Source: Eledone cirrhosa
Lineage: Eukaryota
Reading direction: 5' to 3'
DNA length: 64,000 bases
Assembly: GCA_964016885.1 (NCBI GenBank)
Contig: OZ024747.1
Location: forward strand, 42,222,001 to 42,286,000
Program-made: the position numbers and the translations under genes
Notes under the pieces: generated by a model
What the model saw: the letters and a program-made list of their open reading frames with translations, nothing else
Database searches by the model: none
Told to the model about the DNA's origin: nothing
In this document: piece by piece, positions 11,160-25,650 of the stretch
Layout of the letters: each line of letters starts with the position of its first letter
Position numbering within the stretch: position 1 is the first letter of the stretch

Positions 11160-13043
11160 GTGCCCTTTCCCAGGGGGTTAATATATCGACCTTCTTCGCA
11201 TTTGGTAAGAAACTGGTTTAGAAGAGGTTATTTGGTAGTTAGATGATAGTTAATAGGAGAGAGAGATATATGGATATAGATATGTGTTGTTATGGATGTT
11301 AATATTTGTTTGTGTATTGTATCAGAGAAGTCACCGTTGACGCAGTCCAAAGAAATGTTGTGGCAAATATCATCATAAGGCATTACGACGTTTTTTGATA
11401 TATAATTTATTTACAAAGATGAGAAGTTGAGTTAGCTATGAGGACATGAAACAAAACAAATTAAGATGCTGTAAAAGAATACGCAGACCGATGGCTGAAG
11501 TTAGAAGCCACGGTGCGAAGAATTCCAATAGTTACAATTTGGAATATTTGAGGAGCAAAATCAAGAGTTGTTTACCTTCCGGTGCCGAGATTCAAAGAGA
11601 GAACGTTTATTGAAAAGAAGCAGGAATTTTTCCCTGAGGGCGGAAGTTGAAATACATCTACGCTGGTATCGATTGGATTGGCTGAACTGAGCCAAACAAC
11701 GCTCGGAGAATGTATTCAAGAGCCCTCAGAATGTAGGTCACTACAATACCCCCTATTTAGCCTAGAAGGCGATATATAAGATTGAATTAGCAGGAAAAAC
11801 GCTGAAAGAGAGCACATCAATGAAAAAAATTGAACAAAAGAATGCATGCAAGAAGAAAAGCGAGGCGTTAAGGGCCTTGTTGAGCCGCTGTGTCAAATGA
11901 CTAGCTGTTTTGCTATTTAAACGTGACCACCAGGGGTCTAACAGAAAACGGATAAAGTCTGACATGGGAAAAGTTGCTGTTCTTGCATTAAATGAAGAAC
12001 TGTGTAGCTGTTATGGTAAGTGTTGTACGAGAGCTGTGGATGAAGCTGTTATGGTAGTTTACCAGTAGCTGTTGTCAATGATGATGCTATTCATGTTTTA
12101 CCAGAGATATGTAGAGGAGCTGTTATGGTAAATATTGTACCAGAGCTGTGTGGATGAAGCTGTTATGGTAGTTTACCAGTAGCTGTGTACGAGCAGGTAT
12201 CTGCATTTGCGGATTGCAAATTCCAGTGAAGAGAGATCCGACTCTAGGATGACTGCTATGCGGCCATAAGATGTGAGTCATTATTTGCAGGTGCTGGCAA
12301 GGAGTTGATGGGTAGGCGAGAAATTTCTGGCCTCCCAGATGAATTGCCGGAAGTGCTAGGCACCCAGGAAAAAATGGCTAAAGTTGCTTTGAAAGAAAGC
12401 AAGTTGAATCTGTAGGTAGGTAGTAGTTGAAGCTGTAATTCTGGTGATTCGTCAGAGAAATGGTGGAAATGCTGACAGGTCCAGTTCCATGAATGTTTTA
12501 GACGACGATCGAAGTTGAAGGTTGAAGACAACTTTAGAGTCACCAATATTATGAACGTCTGACGCCATAATGGTGAGAAGACTGTTGTTCTTTTAATTCT
12601 CGAGTCACCGTTGTAGCGAGACAGAAGGTGTGGTGGTTGCGTCGGTAAGGCTATAAAGCTGCCACATAGCTATTCCCTGTTGTTGGTTAGTGGTTAACCA
12701 TGTGTTGCTGCTGCTGATCTTGTTGATAGTTGATGGTAGCCATGTTGAAAAACAAATTTACCTCGTGCTGTGACTTTTTAAAAGACAGCTAATTTTTTTT
12801 TCAAATAATGTTTTCTCAGGTGGGTTCATTGAAGTTAATCCACGTGTTGTGCTGTTATCAACAAAAAGGTTTTTACATGGTGTTGATACAATACAAGAAA
12901 GCTTGTTGTTCTTTAAACAAAAAAAATATTTCTTATTTTTTTTTAAAGGAACATTTAATTCAAAAATGTTCTCGCGACTGGGTCACCAATTTAGAAGAAG
13001 TTAGTTGGTTGGTGATAGTTAATAGGAGAGAGAGATATATGGA
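11160..13043 (-). mobile_element. Highly degenerate Penelope-like retroelement fragment (N-terminus to early RT)
   Basis: Minus-strand traces in the expected order of DKG-x-IVV, P-x-I-x-K and LR-x-V-x-S-like motifs, read by eye and interrupted by many frameshifts. Direct repeat tgatagttaataggagagagagatatatgga at 11244-11274 and 13013-13043. Confidence 0.45.
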
Positions 13044-13270
13044 CTAGGAGCACGTTCTATTAAAGTCAAATAAGCCTCGTCGGAGAGTGAAAAAAGAAAC
13101 TCCTTCAGACGTACGATCTGTCTCTGATTATCATGGGTGAGAACACTATGGTGGCTGGATCATTAAACCATTTATATAAATTATTAGGCCCATAAGTAAA
13201 AATACATTGCTGGCCAGGGACGCAAGTTCTCTGTTTGCCATAGGTGCTATTTTCCCTAATTATGCCTCTG
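13041..13270. mobile_element. Partial copy of the hAT MITE at 38362-38645
   Basis: High identity to 38416-38645; keeps one TIR (ccctaattatgcctctg). Confidence 0.8.
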
Positions 13271-13779
13271 CATAAATGCATATAAAAAATATATTAAAAA
13301 TGTATACACATATGCACGCAACCACACGCACCTAAATACACCCACGCATACATACACTCACGCACATTATTGGATGGCCAATGCTCTATAAATTTTTCTA
13401 ATCTTTGGAATCAATATTAATCCGATTATAAAAATTTGGTGAATCGGCAAATAATCGGTAGAGCATCGAACTTAATATACTATGGAATTTAGTTACAGTC
13501 ATCATATTTTAAAGTTTAAACAGCAGTGGAACCAATTTTTCTTCTGGATCAAATACTGGTCTATAATGATATATTGTATTTTTAATCCTAACCAGAAATG
13601 TGTGTTGTGACAGCATAAGACATATTTATTGTTGTTGAAATTAAATTTAAATACGTTTATGCAGAGTCTCGAGCAAGTTAAACCAAAAGAAATTGTAACT
13701 GACGAATACTAACACAAGATCACATAGAATCATGATAAAGTATATTGTTCCCAGTTAGATTGTGTTTGTAATGAGATAA

Positions 13780-14784
<1,005 letters not shown>

Positions 14785-14809
14785 TATATATATATATTTA
14801 TATTGATTG

Positions 14810-16110
14810 AGAATTCTTGTCAGAAGAGCGGTATCCTTTCATTGATCATTGCACGATCATGTTCACGCAGGTGGCTTTTCAGACCCGCTTTTGTTTTTCA
14901 GGCACGTTCACAGACGTGATGCTTGAACTGTCTGACATGTAGCATTACCGGCTACGGTGTGTCTTCATGCATTCTACCATGTGTGGTCTGTTCACCAGCT
15001 GAATTGCAAATTAAACCATAGTTATTGCAAGTGTACCGCGTAGGGCGTGGTGGCAGAACCATCTTAAAACTTGTTATTTCTCTCTGGCTTGTGTGACTTC
15101 AGATGGTTGACAAATCCAGCTCTTGATAGAAGAAATTGGCAACATACATTACACCTCAATTCCTGCTGGACTTTTTCAGGCATTGCACTTAGGTATCACT
15201 TACGGAGTGAACGGTTCAAAGCAGTATGTTCAACTTAATGTTTCTCAAAGACATCACATCCATAATTGATTATCATTCTCTATGATGTACGGCCAATGTC
15301 TCCATGTCAATCTTCAGAGCTTTAAGATGGTCTTTTATGACATCCCTAAAACGCTTCTTTGGTTTATGCAGCGGCCTTTTCCCTCTGATCCGCTCCCGGT
15401 AATATAACTGTTTAGGCAGCTTTCCGTCTTCCATCCTGACCATATGACCAGCCCCAATGGTTCATAGTAATCCTCTTCTCAATACTGGTGCTACCCGCTT
15501 TCTCAAGTACAGCAGCATCAGGCGTGTGAGAGGGTCACTTATGTTCAGGATGCGGCGGATACAATGCTGATGAAATCTTTCCCGCTGCCTGATGTGATGC
15601 CTGTAAGTTGTTCACGGTTCGCATTCGTATAGCAGGGCTGAAAGAACACACGCCTTATACACAGAGAGCCTTGCGTTTCTCGTGTTACCCCGATCTGACC
15701 AGATGCTCTTCTCAAGCTTCCCAAAGGCAAGACTCGCTTTCGAAATCCTGTGATTTATTTCAGCATTGAGGGCATCATCTCTCCTAAGTGTACTTCCGAG
15801 ACACTCAAAGCTGTCCACCACTTCAAGTCTTTTTCTTCTCACGAAAAGGTGTGGAGTAGTGTACAACTGGTAGAGTGTACAACTGGTAGAGTGTACATGG
15901 CCTTTATATTTTTTATGCTAATATTTAGCCCAAATGCAGTGTATACATTGAGGAAGGTGTCCAAAATCAACTGCAAGCGCGAGCCACAAAATTTGCATCA
16001 TCAGCCTAAAGGAACTTCCTCACATGATTGACAAATGTTTCCGACTTGGTGGTATAACGTCTTAGGTTAAAGATTTTGCCAGAGGTTCTAAATTGCAAGT
16101 ATACACCGAG
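14810..16110 (-). mobile_element. Degenerate RTE LINE 3' half
   Basis: LEVVDSFECLGSTL...AFGKLEKSIWSDR...VYKACVLSALLYECE; LPKQLYY; KAGLKSHLR finger remnant near 14860-14920. Confidence 0.85.
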
Positions 16111-16149
16111 GGTGAGGGTGGAGAGAGAAATACCCCCCCCCCAGTACAT

Positions 16150-16468
16150 TTGCTAAAAGGCGTGTGAATGTAGAGAGAATAGCCCGTGTGAATGGGTCTA
16201 TTCTGAGCATGCGCCTGTAGGCTGGTTAATTTGAGGGGGAGAGGAGTGTCTTTCCCGGGTGCCCTCGAAGCGTTGGGTGGTTCAAAATTGGTGGGGTACC
16301 TGAGTCACCGCTGGGTTGTTATACCACTATTGGGGAATTTTCATTGTTGTATTTTTCTTGTTTATTGTTAGTTATTTTCGATTTTAACTAGATTTCATTG
16401 TAAACCCCAACTGTCCATGTCTGCATTGTCCCCTATATATCGGCCCTGGTGAACAATAAATGAAACCA
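16150..16468 (+). mobile_element. 3'-end fragment of a Tx1-clade LINE related to 45816-51500
   Basis: Encodes RIARVNGSILSMRL* versus RMARVNGPSLYISL*. Shared 3' UTR ttgtccc...gccctggtg..caataaa. Confidence 0.75.
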
Positions 16469-16478
16469 TTATATATAT

Positions 16479-16893
16479 ATGAATGTGTGTATAGTAAATT
16501 TGGCAATATACTGTATGTTTAATTATAATCATTTAGAAGACCATTCGCTATGAGTTTTAAAGTAGTGACTATGTTACTTACTTATTCTCGGCATAAACAA
16601 CAGAGAGAGGGATTGCCGGTCCGGCAAAAATCGCTCTGTTTAATCAGCTCCTGATTATTACTGGAATTCTATAAGAATCCAGCCTCTATAATTCTCGGCA
16701 AAGGCAACTGAGTGTGTGGTCTTGATAAACACTCACAAGCGAGAATCAGTCTGTCTGTCGGCCGCTCTCTGTTGTTTATGCCGAGAATAAGTAAGTAACA
16801 TAGTCACTACTTTAAAACTCATAGCGAATGGTCTTCTAAATGATTATAATTAAACATACAGTATATTGCCAAATTTACTATACACACATTCAT
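16479..16893. repeat. Foldback/MITE-like element with 129-bp inverted arms
   Basis: 16479-16607 is the reverse complement of 16765-16893; 157-bp spacer; TA-rich flanks. Confidence 0.9.
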
Positions 16894-16925
16894 GTATACA
16901 TCGCTATTTCAGAGCACCAATACTA

Positions 16926-16928
<3 letters not shown>

Positions 16929-16999
<71 letters not shown>

Positions 17000-17010
17000 G
17001 CACACACGCG

Positions 17011-17095
<85 letters not shown>
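16929..17095. repeat. (CA)n microsatellite
   Basis: Direct reading. Confidence 0.95.
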
Positions 17096-18640
17096 GGTGA
17101 AAACATTAGGTGGTTAGAAGAATAAAGAACTTTCTATAAATCACATTAGATGGAGAAAATAATAATAAACTGGAAAATGCATCTAACATTATTACTATTT
17201 ATATAATTATGAAACAAAGCTTATCAAATTTAATGGACACAGTTTAATTAAGTCTGTATGTATTATTATAAAACAAACCCAACACATTACAGTGTACACT
17301 TATACATTAATTAGTGAGAAAAACGACTTCGTGCGGATATTTGCAGAAACAATTATGGTCATCTCATTAGTTTTTGTTCTGATTGGTTTCGTTATGAATA
17401 GCTTTTCAACGTTTCCTTTTTAATGATACATTAGCTTTGTTGTTGAGTATTTCTGCTGTTCTTATTCAGATTAGTAAACAATAAATATGAAGATATATTT
17501 TTTTCTCATAATTATTTCAAGATATCTATATTTTATTAAAAAAATATCAAAATTGTAATGATAATAGAATTTAGAAATGAAAATCTGTCAATTTTGAAGC
17601 ACCTTAGGGTAAACAATATTCATTGTGTAATTTTTTGTTGGTGTCCAAATGAATAAATTGTTGTTGCTTCCAATTTGTGAGCAACCAACATAGAGTTGAC
17701 CGTGGCAGAAACATGTAGTAGAGAGATCAAGTCCAACTACCTTGAAGGATTGACTCTGAGATTTGTTAATTGAAATAACAAAACTTAGTTTGATCGAAAA
17801 CTGAAGCCTCTTATATTCAAATGGAACAGTTGTAGATATGAAGGGAATTTTTAGAATAAAGGCATTTTTTATTTCACTATTGTAAACAAATAAATAAGTA
17901 TCAACATCCGAAAGAAATATGTATTAATTATTATTTTTGTATGCAGTGTAAATTAACCAAATATAAGCGAATGTATTAACTGCTAATTTAACGGACAGAC
18001 ACACATACACTCACACAAACATACACTTAAAAACACACACACACAGGCATACATTCATACAAACGCCCACAGTTTCATTCCACCCCAGCGTTTGCTATGT
18101 CAGTCGTCACAGAAATGTATGTATACTCACACACACATATACACTCTCACATACACTCACACACACATGCACTCTCACATACACTCACACACATATACTT
18201 GTCAGTCATCACATGTGAAGATGTGTGTGTGTGTTTAATTCTCTGTGTATCTGATTAAATATTTACCTGAAGATGTATGCGTATGTAACTTACTAAGGCC
18301 TAACGTACGTAACGAACGCGTAAACACTCACACACTCACAAACACACACACTCATATACAAAATGTGACGTCGTCGTCGCCGTCGTAGTATAGTTGACTA
18401 TAGAAAGATTATTTTAGATAAAATGTAATATTGTTTTAATCCAAATGAAAATAAAAATTATATGTTGCACTGTGTCTAATACTACGTTATAAAATGTGAT
18501 TTGATTTGGTCAAGCCATTTGAGAATACATAAGGAAACAGACAGACAGAGAGACGAAGAATTTTATATATAGAGAGGTTTCTGAGCAGTTTTAAGTTTTT
18601 TGGTGTTCTATTATTATTCAAAATGTTTTTGTTTGCTATA

Positions 18641-18969
18641 CAGTGTACCCGCGGCATTTGGGTTCCCAGTTATTTGCAGAATTTTCCTTAGAACCTAATT
18701 AATAATTGTTCGCGGAAACCACTGCATATTCGCGGAATCGTAAATATCTTCCACGATTTTTTAATGTTTTTTTTTCGTGGCAATATATATTTTTTCTCGC
18801 TTTTTAATGCTAAATTATTAATAACAATTTACCGTATTTGCCAGCCAATATTTTACATTATGTTTTGACGTTAATAGGCATTTTTATCGGCTACGTTCAA
18901 TATTCGCGGTTTTTCACTCTTCGCTGGTGCTTTACGAACGTAACTCCCGCGAATACGGGGAGACAACTG
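18641..18969. mobile_element. pogo/Tigger-like MITE, uninterrupted copy
   Basis: TA-CAGT...ACTG-TA ends with subterminal tattcgcgg motifs; inverted sister copy at 29194-30440. Confidence 0.8.
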
Positions 18970-18997
18970 TATTTCCTTCGTGTTTCGTTTATATTTA

Positions 18998-19758
18998 CTA
19001 GCAGAAAAACCACCATTCGGGTGGTTTTCTGCTAGCATGTGTAGAGTGTAGTGTGTATACGCAAGTATATATACATGTAGATATGATACATCAAATAAAA
19101 TCGTAATTGACAATATATACAGAAATTGAACGAAGACTGTATTACACTGTCTTATGTAATCAGTAAAGTAATCTATGATACATTAAAAAAAGACGATATT
19201 ATATATAAACTGCATTAGGAGAAAATTAGTGACTGAAAATTAGTAGGTTTATTTAAATGATCGCCACCGGAAGTGTTGACATCACACACTCTCTCTTTCT
19301 ATATATATATGGTAGTTGAAGTGGTGGTGGTGGCAACGATATACCGGAAGTGCAACTTTGAAAAGAAGTCAATTTTAAATTATCTATTTTTACGAAATTA
19401 TTTTTGTTTACGAAATTTAGTAGATAAATTATGTAATATTCATTCATTACGGGGTCGATAAAATAAAGTACCAGTAATGCACTGGGTAATTGCTGGCCTT
19501 GTGCCTAAAGTAGAAACAATTATTTATTCAAAGTAAGTTGAAGTTCAAATGAGTTCAAATTCCGCCGAGGTTAACTTTGCCTTTCATCCATACGGGGTCG
19601 ATAAAATAAAGTACCAGTAATGTACTGGGTAATTGCTGGCCTTGTGCCAAAAGTAGAAACAATTATTTATTCAAAGTAATCCAACTTATTTTACTAACGG
19701 GATAAAAACAAAATAAACCGTACGCAGTCCCGCAGACCTTCCTTTATTATAGTTTAGA
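18998..19758 (-). mobile_element. Non-autonomous Helitron-like element, copy 1, carrying SINE pieces
   Basis: Minus strand begins A|TCTAAACTATAATAAA and ends with hairpin ccacc-cgaat-ggtgg then CTAG|T; no TSD. Sister copy at 33686-34421. Confidence 0.7.
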
Positions 19759-20174
19759 TAGCTGTGACACATTAAAAACAACTCAAGTTAACATGATTCG
19801 TTTCTTATTGACCTCCATTTTTTATTCAAAAGTTTTGTCAAATCCAGTGTAGTTTACTAAGCAGATGTAAGTAACTATAACAAGGAAAGGGTAGTCTAAA
19901 TCAATATTCCAACCTAAATAAATCTTTTATTAGTAGTACACTTGTCACTTATAATTTGATTGATTCTCCTTCTTGATAATCATGTTTGTATTGTAATTAG
20001 CCGTTTCATTGCACGCTCAATAGTTCTTTAATAACAATAAATAAAAGAACTTACACTTTAAATAACAAGAAAAAGGAAGAGAACGAAAGGAAACATAAAA
20101 AGGTTTGTAACTAAGTATACTAAGTAAGAATGAGAAACAGAGAAGTTGTGTTGTCGGGTTGAAACAGTTTTATG

Positions 20175-20178
<4 letters not shown>

Positions 20179-20207
<29 letters not shown>

Positions 20208-20230
20208 TGTATGTATGTATGTATGTATGT
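20179..20230. repeat. (ATGT)n microsatellite at the R4 3' junction
   Basis: Direct reading. Confidence 0.95.
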
Positions 20231-23200
20231 TCTTCTGGTTTTATTATTTCACTAAGTTTTACCAATAGAGAGAGAGTCGGTTTCTAACATAGACACAAGA
20301 CTCTCTCATTGGAATTTACACAACATCAACTAGGTAGATATGTATGTATGCATACATGTGTAGATATGGATGTTATTGTATGTGTGAATGTGTATGTTTT
20401 GAGTTGTATGTGTGCATGTGTATATGCTTTGCATCTGTACATGTGTATATGCAGTTATTAGATGCAACATTTTTAGAAGGTTTTACATATTTTTTACTGT
20501 TCCATTAATAGATTGTACTTGTAATTTCCTAACTAGTTGTGTTCTTTCTGTTCCTGTTAAGCCTAGCTTCTCAATATTTGTATTGAGGCAGTTACTAATA
20601 TACCCCAGTGCCCCAATAATCACAGGCATAAATCTGAAGGTGTAATCAGGGTGGAGTATCTGCAGATTTCTCATCAGTTCTGCATAAATATTCTCTTTTT
20701 CACTAATCTTTGATATTATATTGGCATCTGCTGGGCAGCTAATTTCCACTACTGTGCATGCTTTCTTTTCCCTGTCCCATATCATAATATCTGGTCTGTT
20801 ATGCCTGCATTTTATTGGGGTTTTTACTGGAACATTCCACCAGTACTCTTTCATATTATGTACATGGATGTCTTCCACATTGATGTAGATTTTAATGTGT
20901 TTATTATCGGGGCTATCTTTTTAACGAACTGCATTGTACAGTGTTTTGGCCACTACATCATGCCTCATAGGTAGATAGTACCGCGATGACATCTTTGGAC
21001 AGCTGGTGATGACATGGCTGATATCCTCGATGTTAGTTCTGCAGAGTCTGCACTTGTTATCACATCTAGGTGTTTTGCCTGCATCCCTATCTCTTTTAAG
21101 AATCAGGTATTTCGTGTTAATTTCCTGTTCTTGGATTGCAAAAGCGTATCCTTCAAAGTGGGAGCCAATATAGCGGTTGTTGGTCCAAGATAGACTACTT
21201 TCCTTATCTATATTACTCTCACTCTGGAGCTTCCTGGCAACATATCCAAGCATGATTTTTTGCTGATAAGTATGTAGTTTTTCATCCATGGATTCACTGC
21301 GATACTGCCGAGCGACTTCACTGGGTGTGAGTTGTTGATTATCACACAGGGAATATCTCTCGAGGAGTTCCTTCCCAACTACCATGAACTTATCTGTTTC
21401 ATCGAGAAACGGGCTCCTACGCTTCGAGGTTCGTAGATGTCGGAGAGATATGATGCCACATTCAAATGATGTTAGGCCTCTGCCTCCCTGCTTACGTTTC
21501 AAGTAAAGGCGGTCTATGTCACTGTTGATGTGGAAGTTTCCGGTGTTGTTCAGTATTTTTCGAGTTCCAACATCAACTGCTCGGATTTCGTCTATTGTCC
21601 AATTGAGTATTCCAAACGTTGGTGTTAGGACAGACACAGCAAACACATTGTGAGCCACTGTTTTGTTTTGCGCAGAGAGTTCCGATGACCAGATATTTCT
21701 TAATCGGGTGTAGTATTCCCTGGTTACTCGATCTTTATTACAGATACCATTATAGGATATGTTCTCATCTATCCCCAGGTATCTGTAGCAGTCCTCATCA
21801 GATATCGGTGAAACAGTTAGGCCATTGATGACAATGTTGCTAGATTGGGTTGTTGTTTCCCCCCGCTTTACAGTCATGTATGAGCATTTATCTTGGCCAA
21901 ACTCCATTCCTATATCCTTTGAGAACGTTGTAACCAGGTCAAGATTTTTCTTCATTCCATCCTGTTCTTGGCATAGAGTTTCAGATCATCCACAAAGAAC
22001 TTATGGGTTAGGTTCGTATTTCTGTCCTCATGTGAGCCAATGACGTATCCCTCACATTTCTTGAGCAGAAAGGACAAGAGGTTTAATGACAAGATGAATA
22101 ATATAACAGAGAGACTGTTCCCCTGAAATATACCCCTGCAATATTTTATTTTATCAGTGAAAATAGAGTCTTCCCTCTCTGTCTTTAACCTTAGGATAGT
22201 AGCCTAAGAAGAAGACAGCCTCTCTGTGGCTCTGACAATAATGTCTGGGACTTTAGCAAGTTGGAGGGTCTCTATCATCCAAGAGTGGGGAACAGAATCG
22301 AAAGCTTTCCTGTAGTCCAGCCAGACTATAGCCATATTCCTCCTAAGTTATCGCACCTCCGACATCGCAGTTTTGTTGATTAGGAGTTTTTCAGCACATC
22401 TCCAAACCCTTTTCTTTCCAGCTGCTTGTTCATCTGTGATGATGTTATTATTTTCACAGTGATCTTGGAGGAATAGGTTCAAGCAGGCTGTATACATCTT
22501 ATACATCAGGTTCTGGCATGCAATGGGTCGGTAGTTTTTTGCCAAGTGGGTGTCTTTGTTCTTGGGGACCAGTAATGTTTGTGCTAATGTCAACCATTCT
22601 GGTATAAGTGTATCTCCCTTAAGAACTTGTTGGTAGAGGTCAGTAAGATACATCCGATAGAATATCAGTTTTTTATATCAGTAGCCGACAATCATGTCTC
22701 TTCCTGGTGTTTTCTTATCTTGGAGTTTTCCTATCACAGTCTCAAGGGTACCCTCACTTATTTCGTATGTTTTTGTTGTAGTGTAGGAGCAATAGTTCTT
22801 TCGGATTTCTCTTAGCCACACTGCATCTTGGTTAAAATTCTTCTTTTCACCCCATATTTTTCTCCAAAAGGAATCTATGTCTTTCTGGGATGGGGCCTTA
22901 GTGACACTCATTATTTTGCCCTTCATATCTCTATAGACTGAATCTTTTATTAAGCACTTTTCTCTCATCTACCTTCTTCAGGTATCGGTGTTTTTCGCTA
23001 ACAGCTCTCAATTCTTGTTTGAGGGTGATCAGCTTATATTGGAGAGTTCTGGTTCTACTGTTACCAAACATCGTCTCTATTTTATTTTTCACTCTTTGTT
23101 GGTGAGGAGTGAGGTTTTTTGTGTTTGTTTGCATGTAAGGAGCATTGTCACTTATCCTATGGTTTTTCGTAGGTCAGCAATCTTTTTTTTTATTTTAGCT

Positions 23201-24464
23201 ATATATGATGGTATTTTTGGTGGTGTTTTGTTCTTGTTAATATATCTGCTATCACCAAGATAATGCTTCACTGTCATTGCTAAGGCATATAAACAGGCGT
23301 TGATTTGCCAAAATGTTGGGGTTTTTATCCGTCGTAAATATTCATCCCCTATTTCGTCAATAACACGTAGTATTTCATTATTTGTTTTTTTTATTAAACA
23401 TTGTCGTTTTAACATGTTCTGCCAGAGAGATATTTATACATGAATTAATTTCTCTCTGGAAGATTTCGTTGAAGGAAGTTTTCAATTGTTTATACTTTTG
23501 ATTATCATTATCGATAGGGATTGGCAGTATCGGTAGAGGGTCGGACGCCATGCTTTCCAGCATAGTTACGTCCCTTTACGATCTGAGTTCAAATCCCGCC
23601 GAGGTTGACTTTGCCTTTCATCCTTACGGGGTCGATAAAATAAAGTACCAGTAATGCACTGGGTAATTGCTGGCCTTGTGCCTAAAGTAGAAACAATTAT
23701 CGATAGTATTTTCCACAACAGTCGAGGTAGACTCGGATGGTACACGTGGTGTCAAATTTATTCGATTATTATTATTATCGATAGTGTTTTCCCCAGCATT
23801 CGAGGTAGACTTAGATGGTACAGGTGGTGTCAAGTTTCTTACAGGCATAGTTGTTTCAAGGCGCTGTTTCGACCTGGTTGCTAGGAAGTCTAGTAGCATG
23901 GCGACCTGTAGCACGTGTTGTTGATAACATGTTTGTTGTGGGGGACTTACAATTAATAATATTTATCTTATTTTCAAACGTCGTTTGTTGGCGTAATTGT
24001 TTCGCTGTGAAATAATTTAGCTCTGGGTGCATTTCGTCCCAGTGTAGCTTCATTCTATTCATATAGCCAATGGAGGGATTGTTTTTTGCCATTTTATAAC
24101 AATTAAATAAATCATTATTAAGTTCGCAACTCCAAGAGAAATGCGATTTATAATTTCGGTTTCTTCTGTAGCTACAACTGAATAAAGTTTGATTACCTTC
24201 CTTGTTATTTGTCTTCGGTACTTCCTTAATTTGTTTGTTGATGTTGTGTTCAGCCATGCTGTTTGTAGCAAATCCTTGTAAAATGAATTATGTATTTAGT
24301 GAGATATCTCTACGAATTCGAATAAAAGGTGAAGATATAGTTAGAAGAATAACCAGTTATTCAACATAACTGTAGTTGTGGCATTACTGTCGGAGATAGT
24401 ATTCATCTTAAATTTAATAAATAGTCTCCCACGCCAAAATATGCGACTGATCGCGTTGACTATC
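20231..24464 (-). mobile_element. R4/Dong-clade RLE retrotransposon, family B, apparently full-length but decayed
   Basis: Broken ORF from ATG 24257 (GYMNRMKLHWDEMHPEL) through NYRPIACQN, CRLC...HVITSC, RHD and NRPDIMIWD...VEISCP; about 200-nt 5' UTR and about 225-nt 3' UTR. Confidence 0.92.
23518..23696 (+). mobile_element. SINE inserted into the R4 family B element, with TSD attatcgatag
   Basis: A box tggcagtatcgg, B box gagttcaaatc; flanking duplication on both sides. Confidence 0.9.
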
Positions 24465-24477
24465 TATGTATGTATGT

Positions 24478-25407
24478 TCTTCTGGTTTTATAATTTCACA
24501 AACTTTTACCAATAGAGAGAGAGAGTCGGTTCTAACATAGACACAAGACTCTCTCATTGGAATTTACACAACATCAACTAGGTAGATATGTATGTATGTC
24601 TGTATGTCTGCATGTGTAGATATGGATGTTATTGTATGTGTGGTTGTGTATGTTTTGAGTTGTATGTGTGGATGTGCATATGCTTTGTATCTGTACAAGT
24701 GTATATGTAGTTATTATATGCAACACTTTTGGAATGTTTTACTTATTTTTACTGTTCCATTAATGGATTGTACTTGTAATTTCCTAACTAGTTGTGTTCT
24801 TTCTGTTCCTGTTAAGCCTAGCTTCTCAATATTTGTATTGAGGCAGTTACTAACATACCCCAGTGCCCCAATAATGAAGGTGTAATCAGGGTGGAGTATC
24901 TGCAAATTTCTCATCAGTTCTGCATAAATATTCTCCTTTTCGCTAATCTTTGATATTATATTGGCATCTGCTGGGCAGCTAATTTCCATTACTGTGCATG
25001 CTTTCTTTTCCCTGTCCCATATCATAATATCTGGTCAGTTATGCCTGCATTTTATTGGGGTTTTTACTGGAACATTCCACCAGTACTCTTTCATATTAGG
25101 TATATGGATGTCTTCCACATTGCTGTAGCTTTTAATGTGTTTATTATCGGGGCTATCTTTTCTACGGATTGCATTGTACAGTGTTTTGGCCACTACATCA
25201 TGCCTCGTAGGTAGATAGTACCGCGATGACATCTTTGGGCAGCTGGTGATGACATGGGTGACATCTTCGATGTTAATTCTGCAGAGACTGCACTTGTTAT
25301 CACATCTAGGTGTTTTACCTGCATCCCTATCTCTTTTGTGAATCAGGTATTTCGTGTTAATTTCCTGTTCTTGGATTACAAAAGTGTATCCTTCAAAGTG
25401 GGAGCCA

Positions 25408-25409
<2 letters not shown>
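24478..25409 (-). mobile_element. 5'-truncated R4 family B copy, in tandem with the full-length one
   Basis: High similarity to 20231-21170; bounded by atgtatgtatgt and (ATGT)n 25410-25497. Confidence 0.92.
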
Positions 25410-25438
<29 letters not shown>

Positions 25439-25650
25439 TGTATGTATGTATGTATGTATGTATGTATGTATGTATGTATGTATGTATGTATGTATGTGTG
25501 TACGCATGTATGTATGTGTATATGTGTAAACAAAGGGCGGAAGAACTCATGAGAGTCAACGGCCATCCAAAAGTGTGTAAATATGTATATACACATGTAC
25601 ATATGCATGTGTATATACATGGGTGCATGTGTATGTATATGCGCGGGGAC

